From Felis catus (Eukaryota), in contig NC_058368.1 of NCBI RefSeq assembly GCF_018350175.1, positions 152,398,001-152,462,000 on the forward strand: 64,000 nt of DNA, read 5' to 3'. The notes under the pieces are model-generated. The model saw nothing but the letters and a program-made list of their open reading frames with translations. It was not told where the DNA came from and did not search any database. The translations under genes were made by a program, and so were the position numbers. Positions 49,111-63,120 of this stretch are shown here, piece after piece (within the stretch, counting starts at the first letter, position 1; each line of letters begins with the position of its first letter).

Positions 49111-50849
49111 CTGAATAAAAAATAAGGGTCAAGCATTCAAGTGACATAAATTTCTTCAAGTTTGGGGACCTATTTGTCACGATGAGAAGGAACAAAACTA
49201 CACTTGCATAAGATATTCAAAAAGAAAATTAAGAGAAAAGAAAAACAAAAACCTGAGCAATCATTGCATATTTTTCCTTTGAGGCAACATTCCTCAGTCT
49301 GTGTTTCAAGAAGGTATTTTTGTTAAGGATTTTTTTTTAGATTTCCCAATATGTAACCTTATAATGATGTAACCTGCATCTCTATAAATTATATAGCATG
49401 TGTCAGAATCAAATGCTCTTAAAATATTATCAAAGGTTGCTAAATATATTTTGCACATTCCTTCCTAACTCCATGTTATACAGTAATTGATACAGAGCCC
49501 ACAAAACATCTAAAAATACTTTTACAGCAAAATAAATGCCTGCAATTTCTTTCTACTCTATGGTAAACGTGGACCACAAAAACCAATATAGAAATTCAAA
49601 AGTACAATTCAGGAAGCAAAGGAAAGGAAAGATAAAACAGTGGTCTCCACAACTCAACATTTACTTCATCGCCCCCTAATTACCAAGCTACACATGGTTC
49701 AAAGAGTTAGAATCCATTAGAATTATGACCTTTTTTCCCAATGATATGGAAGTCTTTTTTTCTCTGGTCAGGAGGCCGAATTTGAATTAAACAAATATGA
49801 AGGAGTAGCAAACAACGTGGTTGGACACACTGCTGTTTCTCTATCCCACAGCCTTTCTCCCCTCCTCCTTCCTAGCAAAAAGATGATGTTTCTTAGGTAT
49901 CCATGCCTCCTCTCCATGACTCAGGGGAGGATATCCTGATCCCTCACTGCTTTAAGTATACTTCTCCCCTGAGCAAACAAAACATTGTGTTTTGATCTCA
50001 GTTTTTGGTCCAGGGTAGGATATGTCTTTAACTATGTCAGACTAAAAGAAACAACTTGATTCCATACTTGAGGCAGAGGATTTCACCTTCTTCTGTTCAA
50101 TGTCAACAAGAAATCATATGGCTCTGATGGACCTGATGGTCACCACAAGGGAGAAACAGGAATAAGATGAAGCTCATGCCATGTATGGCCGAACACACAG
50201 GCAGAAAGAAGCTGGGTCCTCAATGACTCAACACCAGCAACTGTATGACAAAAGGCTGCCTTACTCCTGACTTGCCAGTTATATAATTGGCAACCAATTA
50301 TTGTTTAACAATTCAGATTGGATTTATTTGTTGTGACTTTTCCCAGCTAAGAGTAATTTAAAACAAGATTCCCATCACCAGTGTACAAAAAGTATTTATG
50401 TAAAGAAAACCTAATCCGTTCAAGAGAGTACCTCTTATTTCATCTTCCTGGAAAGTCTTTTCATTCTTCCTCTCCACCTGATCTAGCTGAGTCCCACTCA
50501 CTTTTCAGGGTTCAACTTCACTGCCTCTTCTCCTGGACCCATGAAGACTAAACTACATGCCCTTCTTACATGTTCCCATAGCATTCTCAATTTACCCCAA
50601 TCCCAGCTCTCTATTATATGGCAATTACCTTTTTGTTTATTCGTACTCTCCACTACCATGTAAGGACCCCTAGGGCTGGGATGGCCAGCCATCTAATTCA
50701 CTAGTATATCCATAGTATCTAGCGCAATGCCTACTCACCACAGGTGCTTAGAAATATTTGCAGAATAAACACAGCCCTGGAATGCTTTGAATAGAACAAG
50801 GCAGTTGCAGCATAAAATAGCCACTCCTTTTAGAAAGTTAAATAGGATG

Positions 50850-51212
50850 AGGTGGCTAGCTGGCAACTCTTAATCTCAGAGCTGTGAATTTGAGCCCAAC
50901 GAGCCCAGAGCCCAATGTTGGGTGTAGAGATTACTTAAAAATAAAATCTTTAAAAAAAAAAAAAAAAAAGAGGGCACCTGGGTGGCTCAGTCAGTTGAGC
51001 ATCCAACTTTGGCTTAGGTCATGACCTCATGGCTCATGGGTTTGAGCCTCACATCTGGCTCTATGCTGACAGCTTAGAGCCTAGAGTTGCTTCGGATTCT
51101 GTGTCTCCTTCTCTCTCTGCCCTTCCCCCACTCGTATTCTGTCTCTCTCTCTCTCTCTCTCTCAGAAAAAAAAAATAAACACTAAAAAAAATTATACATA
51201 TTAAAAAAAGAA
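50850..51212 (+). mobile_element. Short SINEC followed by a full SINEC (50971-51212)
   Basis: Two SINEC heads in tandem; outer flanks agaaagttaaatagga / agaaaattaaatagga. Confidence 0.85.
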
Positions 51213-51380
51213 AATTAAATAGGAAACATTTTGGAAAAAACAAAATTTCCAAAACAAGACTTTTTTTAAGATCAATTTTGAGTGTTTGTAATTGCATATT
51301 TCAAAAGCTTTAATAAAGGTCCTGATGCAAGAAAAAGATATATCTTGTCATATGCTATAAGTTATATAGATACAGATATA

Positions 51381-51606
51381 TTTTTTTTTTAATTTTTTTT
51401 TTCAAACGTTTATTTATTTTTGGGACAGAGAGAGACAGAGCATGAACGGGCAAGGGGCAGAGAGAGAGGGAGACACAGAATCGGAAACAGGCTCCAGGCT
51501 CTGAGCCATCAGCCCAGAGCCTGACGCGGGGCTCGAGCTCACGGACCGCGAGATCGTGACCTGGCTGAAGTCGGACGCTTAACCGACTGCGCCACCCAGG
51601 TGCCCC
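51381..51606 (-). mobile_element. Young feline SINEC
   Basis: TSD atagatacagatata. Confidence 0.95.
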
Positions 51607-53185
51607 ATAGATACAGATATATTAAAAAAAAACATAAACTATGGAAGAAAGGCTTTTATAGTTCGTTGTTTTAAATACAGTTACATAGTTTGGTCATTTT
51701 CAACAATTTTGTAGGGTTCATAAATAAAGGTCCAGATTAAAGAATCCTTCCAAGTAGTTTTGATATAGGCAAATCCTACTTAACTGTTTTACCCTAAAGA
51801 CTCTGTTGCCCAGAAATGATGAGTTCTATTATGCATGAAGCTTTTAATAATTATTATCTTTTTACATGTTAATCACTAGTAACATTACTCTGGTGCATAT
51901 AATTCTAGAGGTCAATTACTATTTAAAATGGAAAAAAGGACTACCAAAATTATTTTATTACACCATAATTTTTGGTATCAAATAATTACAAAAACTTAAG
52001 CTTCACTAGAACTTGGAAATCTCCTCAAAGCACTTTTCCAATATAAGACTTTGTTAAAAATAAAACTTGTTTTATGCCATTAGAAAATGTCAAAATTTTA
52101 ATAATATAAATTGTAACAGAAGGCTTTCATTTTGCCTAATTAGAGCAAAGAAATTTGTTTTGTTGTTAAAGTAATATTTTTATTCATAAACAGCAACACC
52201 CCAAAGAGGCCATAAAGGGTGTGAAGAGCAGATTTTATGGGAGATAAAGCAGAATAATCACACTATATTTCCAGAGAATTTGCATTTGGATTTTATTTGA
52301 TGCCTATTTATACTGATTTCTAGTTTTATAGTGGTAACGAGATTTTCCAAATTTATTTCAGTTGAAAGATCATGATTGTAAGTGCATACCTCAAGATGAC
52401 ACCTACAGATGTTTTAGGGTGCCCCTAATATGGATTCTCCAGGTATAATTTATTAAAAGCAAGCAAACAGATGAACAAACTAGGCTAACTGAATTTCTTT
52501 TGTAAGTTATCATTTCTATCCATAAATGTTTACTGAAAACCTGTTGTAGTTATTACTCAGTCCCTGCATGGGTGAGGAGTAGGGGGTTGAAGAAGTGGTA
52601 TTTAAACGACCTCCATCTTGCATCCTAGCATCTAGATCCTTGCCTTGTGCCAATAGAAAGAAAAAGCAAGAGATTTAAGGAGAGAGGACAGAGTCAGTGA
52701 CCGAAGCTAACTTAGTAAACTCCAAGACCCCTTTAGGCCTCTTATAACCACATGGTCTTGGTTCACTTTTATTGAGCATGTACCCACTTAAATCTGAGCT
52801 TGTTAATTAGGACAAGCCTACCCTGTTATGGCATGGTTGGTTGACTGGTTGATTTTTGTTGTTGAGGAAGGAAGCATACTACTCTCTAGACTACTATTTA
52901 TACTACTAGTTTGTGGCTCTACTAGCATTTACTCTTAAATAGTGACTATTCTTGTATGGTCTATTAATGCTATCCCCAAAATATATTATACTTGTGTTTC
53001 AGTCTCATATTTTAGCTCTCTGTCTCTCTTATCTTCTCTAATTTACCATAGGTAGGTCACGTTTGAAAAAAAAATAGCTGAGAATATTAAATATGAAATT
53101 ATACACCCTACAATTATATGCATTCCATTCTAGAAAAGAAGACCAGATAGGAGAAATCCAAAAGGAACCAATAGATTGTACTTAC

Positions 53186-53278
53186 ATAACAGAGTAGAAA
53201 GAAGAGATGTAAGATAGTAAGCTGACCAATTTGAGAGAGAGACTAGGCAGAGTTCCAAGATTTGACAGTATTTGGAGC
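53186..53278 (-). pseudogene. Exon candidate (93 nt), LQILSNLGTLPSLSLKLVSLLSYISSFYSV
   Basis: Acceptor caaatatttag, consensus donor |gtaagt; open in the frame set by the previous exon. Confidence 0.5.
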
Positions 53279-53659
53279 CTAAATATTTGTGAAACCACAT
53301 TTCACAGTGCATCACACTGACCAAAAAGCTCATGTTAACTGAAGAGAATGGAAATATGAGAAACCTGACATATGAAAGGGAGAAAGGTATAAGGTGGTTA
53401 AAATCCAGAGATTAAAGGGGAGGAAGGTGGCACTGAGAATAATTAGAAAGAAATCTGAGAAATCAAAAATATTGACAAATCCCCATCACTTCTCCAATCA
53501 GCATAAATAAAAAGTAGACAGTAAAGGGGGACCAAAAAAAAAAAACAACCAGGAATTTATCTTAGAAAAGAACGTTATCATCAAAAGTAGAAAAGTCAAT
53601 AAAGGGAAAAATTAAGTAGAGAGGAATTGCAAATTATACAAATAATTAAATGGGATTGT

Positions 53660-53860
53660 GGGGGCACCCAGTTGACTCAGTCGTTTGAGCATCCAACCCT
53701 TGATTTCAGTTCAGGTCATGATCTCACAGTTTTGTGAGTTCAAGCCCCACATGGACTCTGAACTGACAGTGTGGAACCTGCTTGAGATTCTCCCTCTCTC
53801 TCTCTGCCCCTCCCCTATTCACATTCCCTCTGTCTCTCTCAAAATAAATAAACTTTTAAA
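53660..53860 (+). mobile_element. SINEC
   Basis: TSD aaatgggatt. Confidence 0.9.
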
Positions 53861-55936
53861 AAATGGGATTTTGAATATTTATTTACACATACATATGTGA
53901 ATGTCTGTTTAACAAACTGAATGCAGAATAATGGAGAAGAGGTTCACTTTGAGGCCCCTTAATTGAGTGGAAGCAAGTCTTAGGACCACACCCCCCTATG
54001 CTTGCTAAGACATTAATGTCAAAACCTAATATTGATATTAAATAAATCACTAAATCTTTGCTAAAGTCTATAATATGTAACTAGAAATAATTTTCTAAAG
54101 ATGTGTGGATAAAGGTGAATACTCATAATAGTGTGCTGTGAGTACTACTATAAGCACTTTTTCCTTTTTTGCTATTTCAATATCCAGCAGTGTGTAATTA
54201 TATAATGTCAACCTGTTATGTTTGAAAATAATACCCCTACAGGGGTTGGCTTATATCACAAGATCTTTGAATATGAATGTGGTTATAAGAATTTTCCTTC
54301 TGATTATACCTATGTTGAGGTAGTTTGTTGCTATAGGTTATGGTAATAATACTTCACATTTTATAGCCTTTTCATCCAAGGATTTAGGAAATGTTGCTAA
54401 AAATAAGAGAGCTAAAATTCAATAACTAGAAAACCTAACATCGTGGTTCTTTCTCTACTTATTGTGGAACATTTTTCTTCTTACAAAAAAGTAAGATTTT
54501 TTTTTCTTCACTATTTCTCAAATTTTTCTTTGGTAACTGAGGAAGATTATGCTAATATAAATGTAGAGGCAATTAAAAGAAACATACATAATGAACTAGA
54601 GTACATATAGTTGAAGAAACTTTATATCTAAAGCAAAGAATAGGTAAGCAGTTAAAAATTGCTTTGAACACTAATGAAAACACGCTAATTTAAAAGTACA
54701 ATGACACTAGTGAGCTTCTATTTTAATTGCTTTCTTGGGCATATAACTGGACCCATGTTTGCAAAACAGCAGACTATGTCTAGTGTTAGGCTAATTCACC
54801 ACTTGGAATTAAATGTACAACTAGCTCATAAGCATAATCCACTGAGCAAATTCATGACTCACAAAGGCAGCTCCTCTTTAATACAAAGAATAGACCAAAG
54901 AGAAGGAAGCTTTTAAGACTAGCAGAGAAAGAATATGATATAATCTGTCAAGACACAAAAACTACTGTACAAATGTTGTAAGTATATTCATGCGTAATCA
55001 AAATAATGATGCTAGAGTACTATAGCACTTTAAGGAAGAAAATATTTATGATATTTAATATCAACTTCTGTGCATCTCAGATTGAAACTGATATTATATT
55101 TTCTTCTCATCTTGCCTGTCAACCTAAAACTTCTCACATAACCCCATATGTATATGGTTCTATTTTTGTTATTGCTGTGCTTTGTTTTAATAATATATTC
55201 AAGTAGTAGAAATTCAGAATATCTCAGGGTGGTTTGAAATTGAATACATGTTTCCAATTCCATTGCTTATTCATTCAATAAATATTTAAAGAGGTCTTAA
55301 TATGACCCAGGCACTAGACTAAGAGCTGGGGAGAAAGCCATGAGTTAAAGAGATGTGGCCTCTGTCTTCATGGGCCTATTAGCCCAGAAAGGAAGACAGA
55401 TCCCAAGAAAGCAAGTGCTGTGGGGGTCATGAAAAGAAGGGCAGGAACCATGAGAGTATTGAACAGAATGACTGTGGGGGAGAGCTGTGTCACATAAGCC
55501 ATGAAGGATGAGTAAGAGGTAGGGCTTAGAAAGGTAGAAGAACAAAAGGTAAGGGGAGGAGGAAGGACCCTTCCTGAGAGAGGGACTAAGTATTCTGTGG
55601 CGAGAAATAACATGATAAATCAGGATAAGCCAAGAGTCCTCAAATGCATAGTCAGCACCATACCAGCAGTTGCTGTGTTGTTTTTTGGGTTCATTGATAT
55701 ATCATCCTAGTGCCTAGCACACAGTGGTCAGCCAATTAATATTTACTAAGTTAATGTGATTCAAGGATAGATAACTAAGAGGAGATCAGCACAAAATGAT
55801 TCTACAGAGGTAAATAAAGGTCAGATATGCAGGACCTCAGAGGCATGTTAAGAATGTTTCATTTTACCCTACAAGGGGAAATCACTGAAGATCCTGTGCA
55901 GGATAGTAACATCCAGAAAGATGATTTTTCCTATTA

Positions 55937-56116
55937 TCATATTTCATCAACTCTAAGGAACCACTGAATATAAAATATATCATCATTTTATGTGACTTAT
56001 TTTTAAAAAATGCTACTAATTAAACTGGATATGCAAAATCAGTTGTAAGACTTACCCTGATTTCAAAGAAGTCCAAATGTAAAAAAAAAAGTGTGTATTG
56101 TCGTTAATGAAATATA
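55937..56116. mobile_element. Tc2-type MITE (MER104-like)
   Basis: Termini atatttcatcaac / gttaatgaaatat. Confidence 0.55.
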
Positions 56117-56777
56117 ATGTGTGGAGAATGGATTAAAAGTGGGAAACCATGGGTACAGAGCAACTAGTTAGAAGCATATTATCATGGCTGCTTCAGTGAC
56201 TCAGGCTATTGCAGAAGTTGAAGACTGGACCATTACCATGGCAGTTTGGAAGCAGAAAAATGAAAGAAAGAAAAGGTATTCAGGAAGTAGAACTGTGAGA
56301 ACTTGTAACTGTTAATTATTAGAGTGAGAAAGTCCAAGGCATTGGGTGGATGGTTTATTGAATTGGAAACATTAATACGGATGCTATGAAGCAAAATCTG
56401 GGCTAGAGATATAAATTTGTGATTTATCAGCATATAGATCATGAATGAAGTCATGGGAGCAAAGAGAATTCTTTTTTTAGGGAAGCAGGTTTTAAACAGG
56501 GGCCATGACTCCAGCTGCATTACTGTGAATTGGAAATGACCATGATGGGAGACAGTAAAACAAATCAAAATCTTCTTGACATAATACAAGAGAAAGAAAT
56601 GTGGGCCTGACAAAGGCATGAGCAGTGAAACAGAAAGAGGGTTCAGATCACACAGATATTGTAAAGGTGAGAGCCTAGGACTTAGTGACTAAACCTCCTG
56701 TGGAGGTTGTGAAAGAAGAAACGGTCAACTCTTCACAGGTCCCTGGGTAGATCATAGTGCTATTAACTGTATAATAA

Positions 56778-57025
56778 GGGAGGAGGAGGAGGAGGAGGAG
56801 GAGGGGAGGGGGAGGGAGAGGAGGGAGGAGGAAGAGAGGGAAAAGAAAAAGGAGGAGGAGAAAGAGGAGAAGAAGAAGACGACGAAGAAGCAGAAGAGGT
56901 GGAAGAGGAAGAAGAAGTAGAAGAAGGGGGAGGGGGAGGGGAGGAGGAGGGAGAGGGGGAGGGGAGAGGAAGAGGGGGAGGGGGAGAGGGGAAGGGGAAG
57001 GGGAAGGAGAAGGAGAAGAAAGAAG
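56778..57025. repeat. Polypurine (GGA/GAA/GGGGA) low-complexity tract
   Basis: About 250 nt almost entirely A/G on the plus strand. Confidence 0.95.
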
Positions 57026-58455
57026 CAGCTTGCAGGGAAGACAAGAAGCTCTAGTTTAAGACCATTTAATGGCTGACTCTGACCTATAGAACATCCAAAT
57101 GAAGATGTTTGCCAGGCAATTTTAATATTCAAACAAAAACAAAAATGTTATACTGTGCTATATTGAAACCTAGTTCATCCTACAAACAACACTGGGGACA
57201 TCCTGAGCATAAATATTTGGTTCAAGAAGAGGTATTATCATAATATCTGAGAGTTCAAATTCTATGGTTAGATGGTCTGGAAGACAGTCTTCCCTCCAGT
57301 GCTGCTGGCTAAGAGATCTTGGGCTAGACACTTGACAACTCTGAGCCTTGGTTTCTTCATTGGTAAACTGAGGATAATGTTTAGCTTCTAACGGTGTTTT
57401 ACAAATGAAAAAAGAAATAAAAATATGTAGAACAGTGCTTGGCATGTGTAAAGCATTTGATACATTGCAGCTATTTTTATTATCTTTTTTGGTGGGGGAC
57501 CAATTTGTTTAATGTTACAATTGTATTTATTCTTGTCATTCCTACTTGAAATATTTATTGGCCTCTGCTATGTGGGAGATACTGGTAACCAACTTCTTCT
57601 ACCATATCTCCCATCTCTTATTCTAAACATTGAATCAGTTGCTATTCCTCAATTTTTTTCTCTGTTCTCTGTGTTCTTTGATGTCTTGCCCTTCAGTCTG
57701 GGCTAAAATGTCAGCAAGACACATGCATGCCACCACATGGTCACACAAACTTTCTTCATAATAGACCAAATAATAGGATATAAGGAAGACAGACATGATT
57801 CAAGGTACAGAGGACCCACATTTGAACCAATAACTTATATTTCTACATAGTTTATATATTAAAAGAGAAAGGTAATTTCAACATCAGAGAGAGTCATTTC
57901 CTCAAAATGATTTAAATTTCCTTTTCAGCTTCTCTTGGGGGGAAATTGCATCATTAATTTGTGATTCTCTTTTTCTAACATTTGTAAATTTAATACTTAC
58001 ATGTACCTTTCTTCCTTCAGGGATTTGTTCCTCTTTGCTACTATTTTGTTATCATTAAAAGGCTTTGAAACAAAGTCATTTTGAAGCTATTCTTGCTTAT
58101 GCTTTTATTTTTCTCTTCTTGGCTTTAACCCTAGTTTTTAAATTCTTACCCAGAGTTGCCTGTTGGAAACTGCCCTTGTTATAGAAGAGGTTACCATGAT
58201 TTATAATAGATCTAGATACATATTCTTTTGTGGTTTCTAGATTTCCCTTTGCTTACTTGTTTTGGGAAATTCTTCAATCCACTTCTATCTGCTAATTGAT
58301 CACTTACTCAGCTAGAATTTCATCACTTTATTTTGAAATTGGTTCCATTTATTTAATTTTTATCTTCCTCTGGGCTGTGTATGCCAGTAGGATAATGGGG
58401 AGAATATCCTACATGTCACTATCCTAATTTAAAAAGAGTCCCATCTGATAGCCAC

Positions 58456-58528
58456 CTGTTGTCTCTTTGCTCATGGCAGACCACCCAGGATCCCGCATGG
58501 AAATGGAAATCTCGCATCAGTTCCTTCA
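58456..58528 (-). pseudogene. Exon candidate (phase 1->2), KELMRDFHFHAGSWVVCHEQRDN
   Basis: Acceptor gtgttctttag, donor AG|gtggct; 73 nt open; joins in phase to the 53278 exon. Confidence 0.5.
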
Positions 58529-58728
58529 CTAAAGAACACACACTCCAGAATTAAAACACAAGCATGTATTTCCTGTATTTAGGGGAACAACAGTTATGGA
58601 GCCTATTTTTTAATGTGTCGGGATGGCACTCCTTTGTTAACTATAAGAGCTTGTAATCTAGTTGGGAGAGAAAAAATGCCATGGAACGGTTCAAGGATCA
58701 CCACACACACACAAAAATGAAGTGCAAG

Positions 58729-58930
58729 AAGTACCTGGGTGGCTCAGTATGTTAAGCTTCCTTAACCTCTTGATTTCGGCTCAGGTTACATTCTCACAGT
58801 TGGTGAGATCAAGTCTGCATTGGGCTCTGCCCTGAAAGCATGGAGCCTTATTGGAGTTCTCTCTCCCTCTCTCCCTCTGCCCCTCCCCTGCTTGCTCTCT
58901 CTTAATAAATAAATAAGTAAATAAAAATTA
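58729..58930 (+). mobile_element. SINEC
   Basis: SINEC body; flanking aagtgcaa. Confidence 0.9.
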
Positions 58931-61900
58931 AGTGCAAATTTTAAGGAAAAGCAGATAAACTGAATATACAAATCACTCAAAGAGGATACAGAGCAATTGG
59001 CTGTTTCTGATCAAATAGGATGAAAGAGTTCCTAGGGAGTAGAAATTTTTTAAACAAGTGAAAAAATCTGGTAGGCATTTAACAAAAGAAAGTCATTTTG
59101 GTTATTTCAAACAAGCAATAATATGGAGGTTTCAGAGAGCCAAGAGACACAGAGACCAATGAAATAGTTTGGGACCCACTCTATTCTCAATTCAAATAAT
59201 ATTATATAACATCAGACGCTTTCACATTGGTTTTAATTCTCTAATTATCTGGATATTTTTCCTGCAAATTTTTAGCTGATATAACTGCCCTACCTCTTGA
59301 AAATAGGGAAGAAAGTGCAAACAAAGAGTTTTTGCCTGAAAGTAGGTGACAGCTTCAAAAGGGAAATATGGTCCTTTATAACTCTCATGGAACAAAAATG
59401 TTTAGAAGTGATAGCAGCCCACCATAACTCTATTTCCTCATGTGAAATTGCCTGATAGGCAGGACCCTTTCCATTCTTTAGTAAGAATATGAAAGTAAAG
59501 CTGGCGTGATTTTTAGATGGAGATTTCTTACAGAAACTCTCTACGCATTATACATATGTTACACTTGTTACAAAATGTCTAAATTGTCTTCTGAAAAAAA
59601 ATCTTACTTGTTTCACATATATCGTCAAGAAAAAGTAAATCATTAATTGTGTGGTGAATACACGGGGAAATTTTTACCAAGGCTCTCCAGGGTCAAAGAC
59701 ATGTTGAGAGGAAGCAAAAGGGAACAGCTTTTTGGAGCAGCCCAAAAGAAAACAAAATAAGAAACTTCACAGAAGTTTTCAGGCTTTAGGCAAAAACATA
59801 ACATGAGAGTTAAACAAGAAACTTTAGTCTCTATGAAATAAAATGGATATAGTCTATTGGGAAGAATAATCTTGACTTAGAGAAAAGTCTCAATTAAAAA
59901 ATAATTTCTCCAGAGTGTAGTATTCATAATTTCAAGCATAAAATAGAAACTATAATGAAAAAATGTATTAGTAAAATTACATTATATTTTGAAAATTTAC
60001 AATTCATTATAGAGTGCTGAAAATACAAAAATTTATTGCACAAAATAGAAGGTAAAGGTGTGTTGCAAAAATTCCTATTTCATGAATCACTTAGTTTTGA
60101 AAAGAATTGGATTTCTTCATGTTTGTAAGTAAACCTAAAATTTCAAAGTAAAACAACAACAAAAATACCACATTCAAAAATGCAGGCTTTCATAACAGAG
60201 TTTTAGTTCTAACTTTATCATTTACCATGTTCCTTCCATATTTTCTTTATATAAATACATGCTGTGGAAATTTGTTGTGATATATATAAAGAACCTAAAA
60301 TTTCCTGTTAAGTATGGTGGATTAAACACACCTATTCTCTGGCCCTTCCCCAAAACTCTAAAGTTTAAAACACACATACACACACAAAAGAAAAAAAAAC
60401 ACTTTTAAGTATAAATCCATAAGGACAATAAAAATGAGTGAGAAGAATGTAGGAGACAAGAGATGACATGATAATTTTAGAAACTAAAAAGCAAATAGGA
60501 AAAAGGGAAGTGTCTCAACCTATCAGAGAAAGCTGAAAACTAAGTCTACAATCTAATCGTGCCACAGCACTTGGAAAGCCTTGACAACTGGCAGCACCAA
60601 GTATTTCTGAAGGTAGGTATACAGAGGGACTTCAAACAAAATTATAGACAAATCTTTCTCATCCATTGGAGAGGATAAACTAGGGGAAGTTCTGAATCCA
60701 AGGATAGGTTACAGCTGAAGGCATGGGAAAGGTATCAAGTTGCAACAAGAGCTTTGAGGGGAAGTTTACTTTAGGAACAACATTCTCCCTCAACTCCATC
60801 CTCTACTTGGCTCTCAGAACACCAGCAACCATACTTATCCCATACCCCAAGACATAAGATTAAAGATTCTTCTCTGAATTAGCCCAAGGGAAAAGATAGA
60901 GAAATAGAAGAGAGAAAGCAGTTAAACATTTAGGGATCCATCTAACAGATCCAATATCAAAATACCAGGAATTGCTGAAAGAAAAAAATAAAACCTAAAA
61001 TTGAAGGCAATAAATTATTACAGAACTAAAACAAAAAACATTGAAATCATGAAAGTCAGGATTTCCAAATTAAAATCTGGGTAAAAACAGTTCTTTTAAA
61101 GCATTAAAGACAACTAAGGCAGGCAGGATTTGAAGAGCCAAGATCACAGAGAAAGGAAAATGCATTGAAGTAAGCCTTACATTCATTGATGGTCCTCAGA
61201 GCATTTGTTAATTTGTATTGTGTGGTTTTGAAGCTGAAGAAAAGGGTTGGCCTGGAGTTTGTTGTCAGTGTCAATGGTTTGGGGAGACACAAATTCAAGT
61301 TCAGGGATACCCAGGCTTCCAAAACTTGAGGAACCAATATCCTAAAGACAAGAGGACCACAGGGAGAAGTAAACCTGACATTCCTTGGAATTTTTCTTTT
61401 TAAGGTAGTTGCAGATTCTTAAACTTTTCAGGATTAGAAGCAAAGAAAACAAGCAGAAACCTGCAGTTAGAAGCTAAAAATGAAGCAGAATATTTAACTA
61501 ACCACAGTGTCAAGAAGACAAAACTTAAAGTTCAAGGCCCACCAAGGATAAGAGATCTTGCTAAATAGTTCCAGACTTTTAGCCAAGATCCCCAAAAGGA
61601 AAATACTCTAGAAGCAAGAACAGACTGGAAATAGAGTATCTGCAAATGTACCAAGGTGATCCATCCCTCCTTTAAGTGCTTGCTAAAGAAGAGAAAATTG
61701 TCTCTGGAAAAAGATAAAAATCATCCAGAGCCTCTATAAGTTTTAATTTACAATGTCCAGCATTAAGTCAAAAATCACCAGGCATGCAAGAAAGACAAAA
61801 ATAACTCAAAACAAAGAGCAAAAAAATAAATAAATAAATAAAACAGAAACAGACCCACAGGTAGTCTAGGTATCAGAGGTATCAATATGGACTTCAAAAT

Positions 61901-62527
61901 AGCTACACTAACATTCAAGAAAATAAATGGCAAGATGAATAATTTTGTCAGAACAGTCTATATTAAAAACAATCCACTGAAAATCTAGAATGAAAAAGTT
62001 AAAAAAAACTCAAAATAAGAAATCTATATATGGGTATAATAACACATTAGACAAGCAAAAGAAAGGATTAATGAATTAGAAAATAGTTCATTTGGAAAAA
62101 AAAAATCCAAACTGAAACATAAAGAGAATAAAAGAGCAGAAAATTCAGAAAAGGCATTACAGTCAGATGGGTCACAGTAAAAGGTTGTAACAGACATGTA
62201 AGTGGAATATTCAGGATGACAGCTATGGGGCAAGTCTATAGAGCAACCAGTGCAGATGAAGGCCGAAGAACAGATCTCTAGAAGAGCTATTTCTAACACA
62301 GAGTGAATACAGTGGTCATTCAAAGTATTAGAATTTCAGTTCTGTCAGAGAATTGGTGATGAATCAGTGATATTTACAGAGAAAATTTTTTTAAAAAGAG
62401 ACTTTTTATTTCAAAGAAAACATAAGCTATATCAGAAAGGCAATGAAATACGGTATAACATATGGTTTGCTATGCATAATATATGATCATAACAATGTAA
62501 ACAAATATTGACTTAAATAAAACATAT

Positions 62528-62769
62528 AGGATAAAATCTTGGATTATGAGTAACTTATTCTGTGAGTATTCCACAAAACCAGCAAATATTTCTAATAAAT
62601 TTTAACTTGACACGTGAGTGATGTCTTGCAAGACAAGTAGTACATGATGCTGAATGTCACATGATCACAACTGAGCCAGTGGTTCTTGAAATTCGCTTTG
62701 ATATACAAGTACTTTGGATTACAAGCGTGTTTCCTAAACAACTTATGCTCACAAACCAAGGTTTTAGTG
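62528..62769. mobile_element. Tigger/pogo-like MITE
   Basis: Imperfect TIRs taaaatcttggattatgag / ctcacaaaccaaggtttta with TA flanks. Confidence 0.7.
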
Positions 62770-62895
62770 TATAATTTTACTGAAAGGATGAGAATGGAGA
62801 AATATTTCTGTGTTGAAGTGATAGGATATAAGAAAGCTAAATCATAATCTTCTAGAGCAAAAAGTCAATGAATAATATTTAAAACTGACAAATCA

Positions 62896-63058
62896 GGGGT
62901 GCCTGGGTGTCTCAGCTGGTTAAGCTGTTGATTTCAGCATAGATCATGATCTTACAATTTGTGAGTTCCAGCCCCACATCAGACTCTGCAATGACAGTGC
63001 GGAGCCTGCTTGGGATTCTCTCTCTCTCCCTCTCCCTCTGCTCCTCCCCCCTTGCACG

Positions 63059-63091
<33 letters not shown>

Positions 63092-63120
63092 AAAATAAAT
63101 AAAATAAAATAAACCTTAAA
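62896..63120 (+). mobile_element. SINEC
   Basis: TSD aaaactgacaaatca. Confidence 0.9.

Noticed and set aside
52362..52377. Plus-strand 16-nt micro-exon-like signal (tttatttcag ... |gtaagt)
   Set aside because: No supporting plus-strand gene structure; such motifs occur by chance.
56752..57132. Pro/Ser/Leu-rich ORFs of 93-126 aa
   Set aside because: Translations of the polypurine low-complexity tract.
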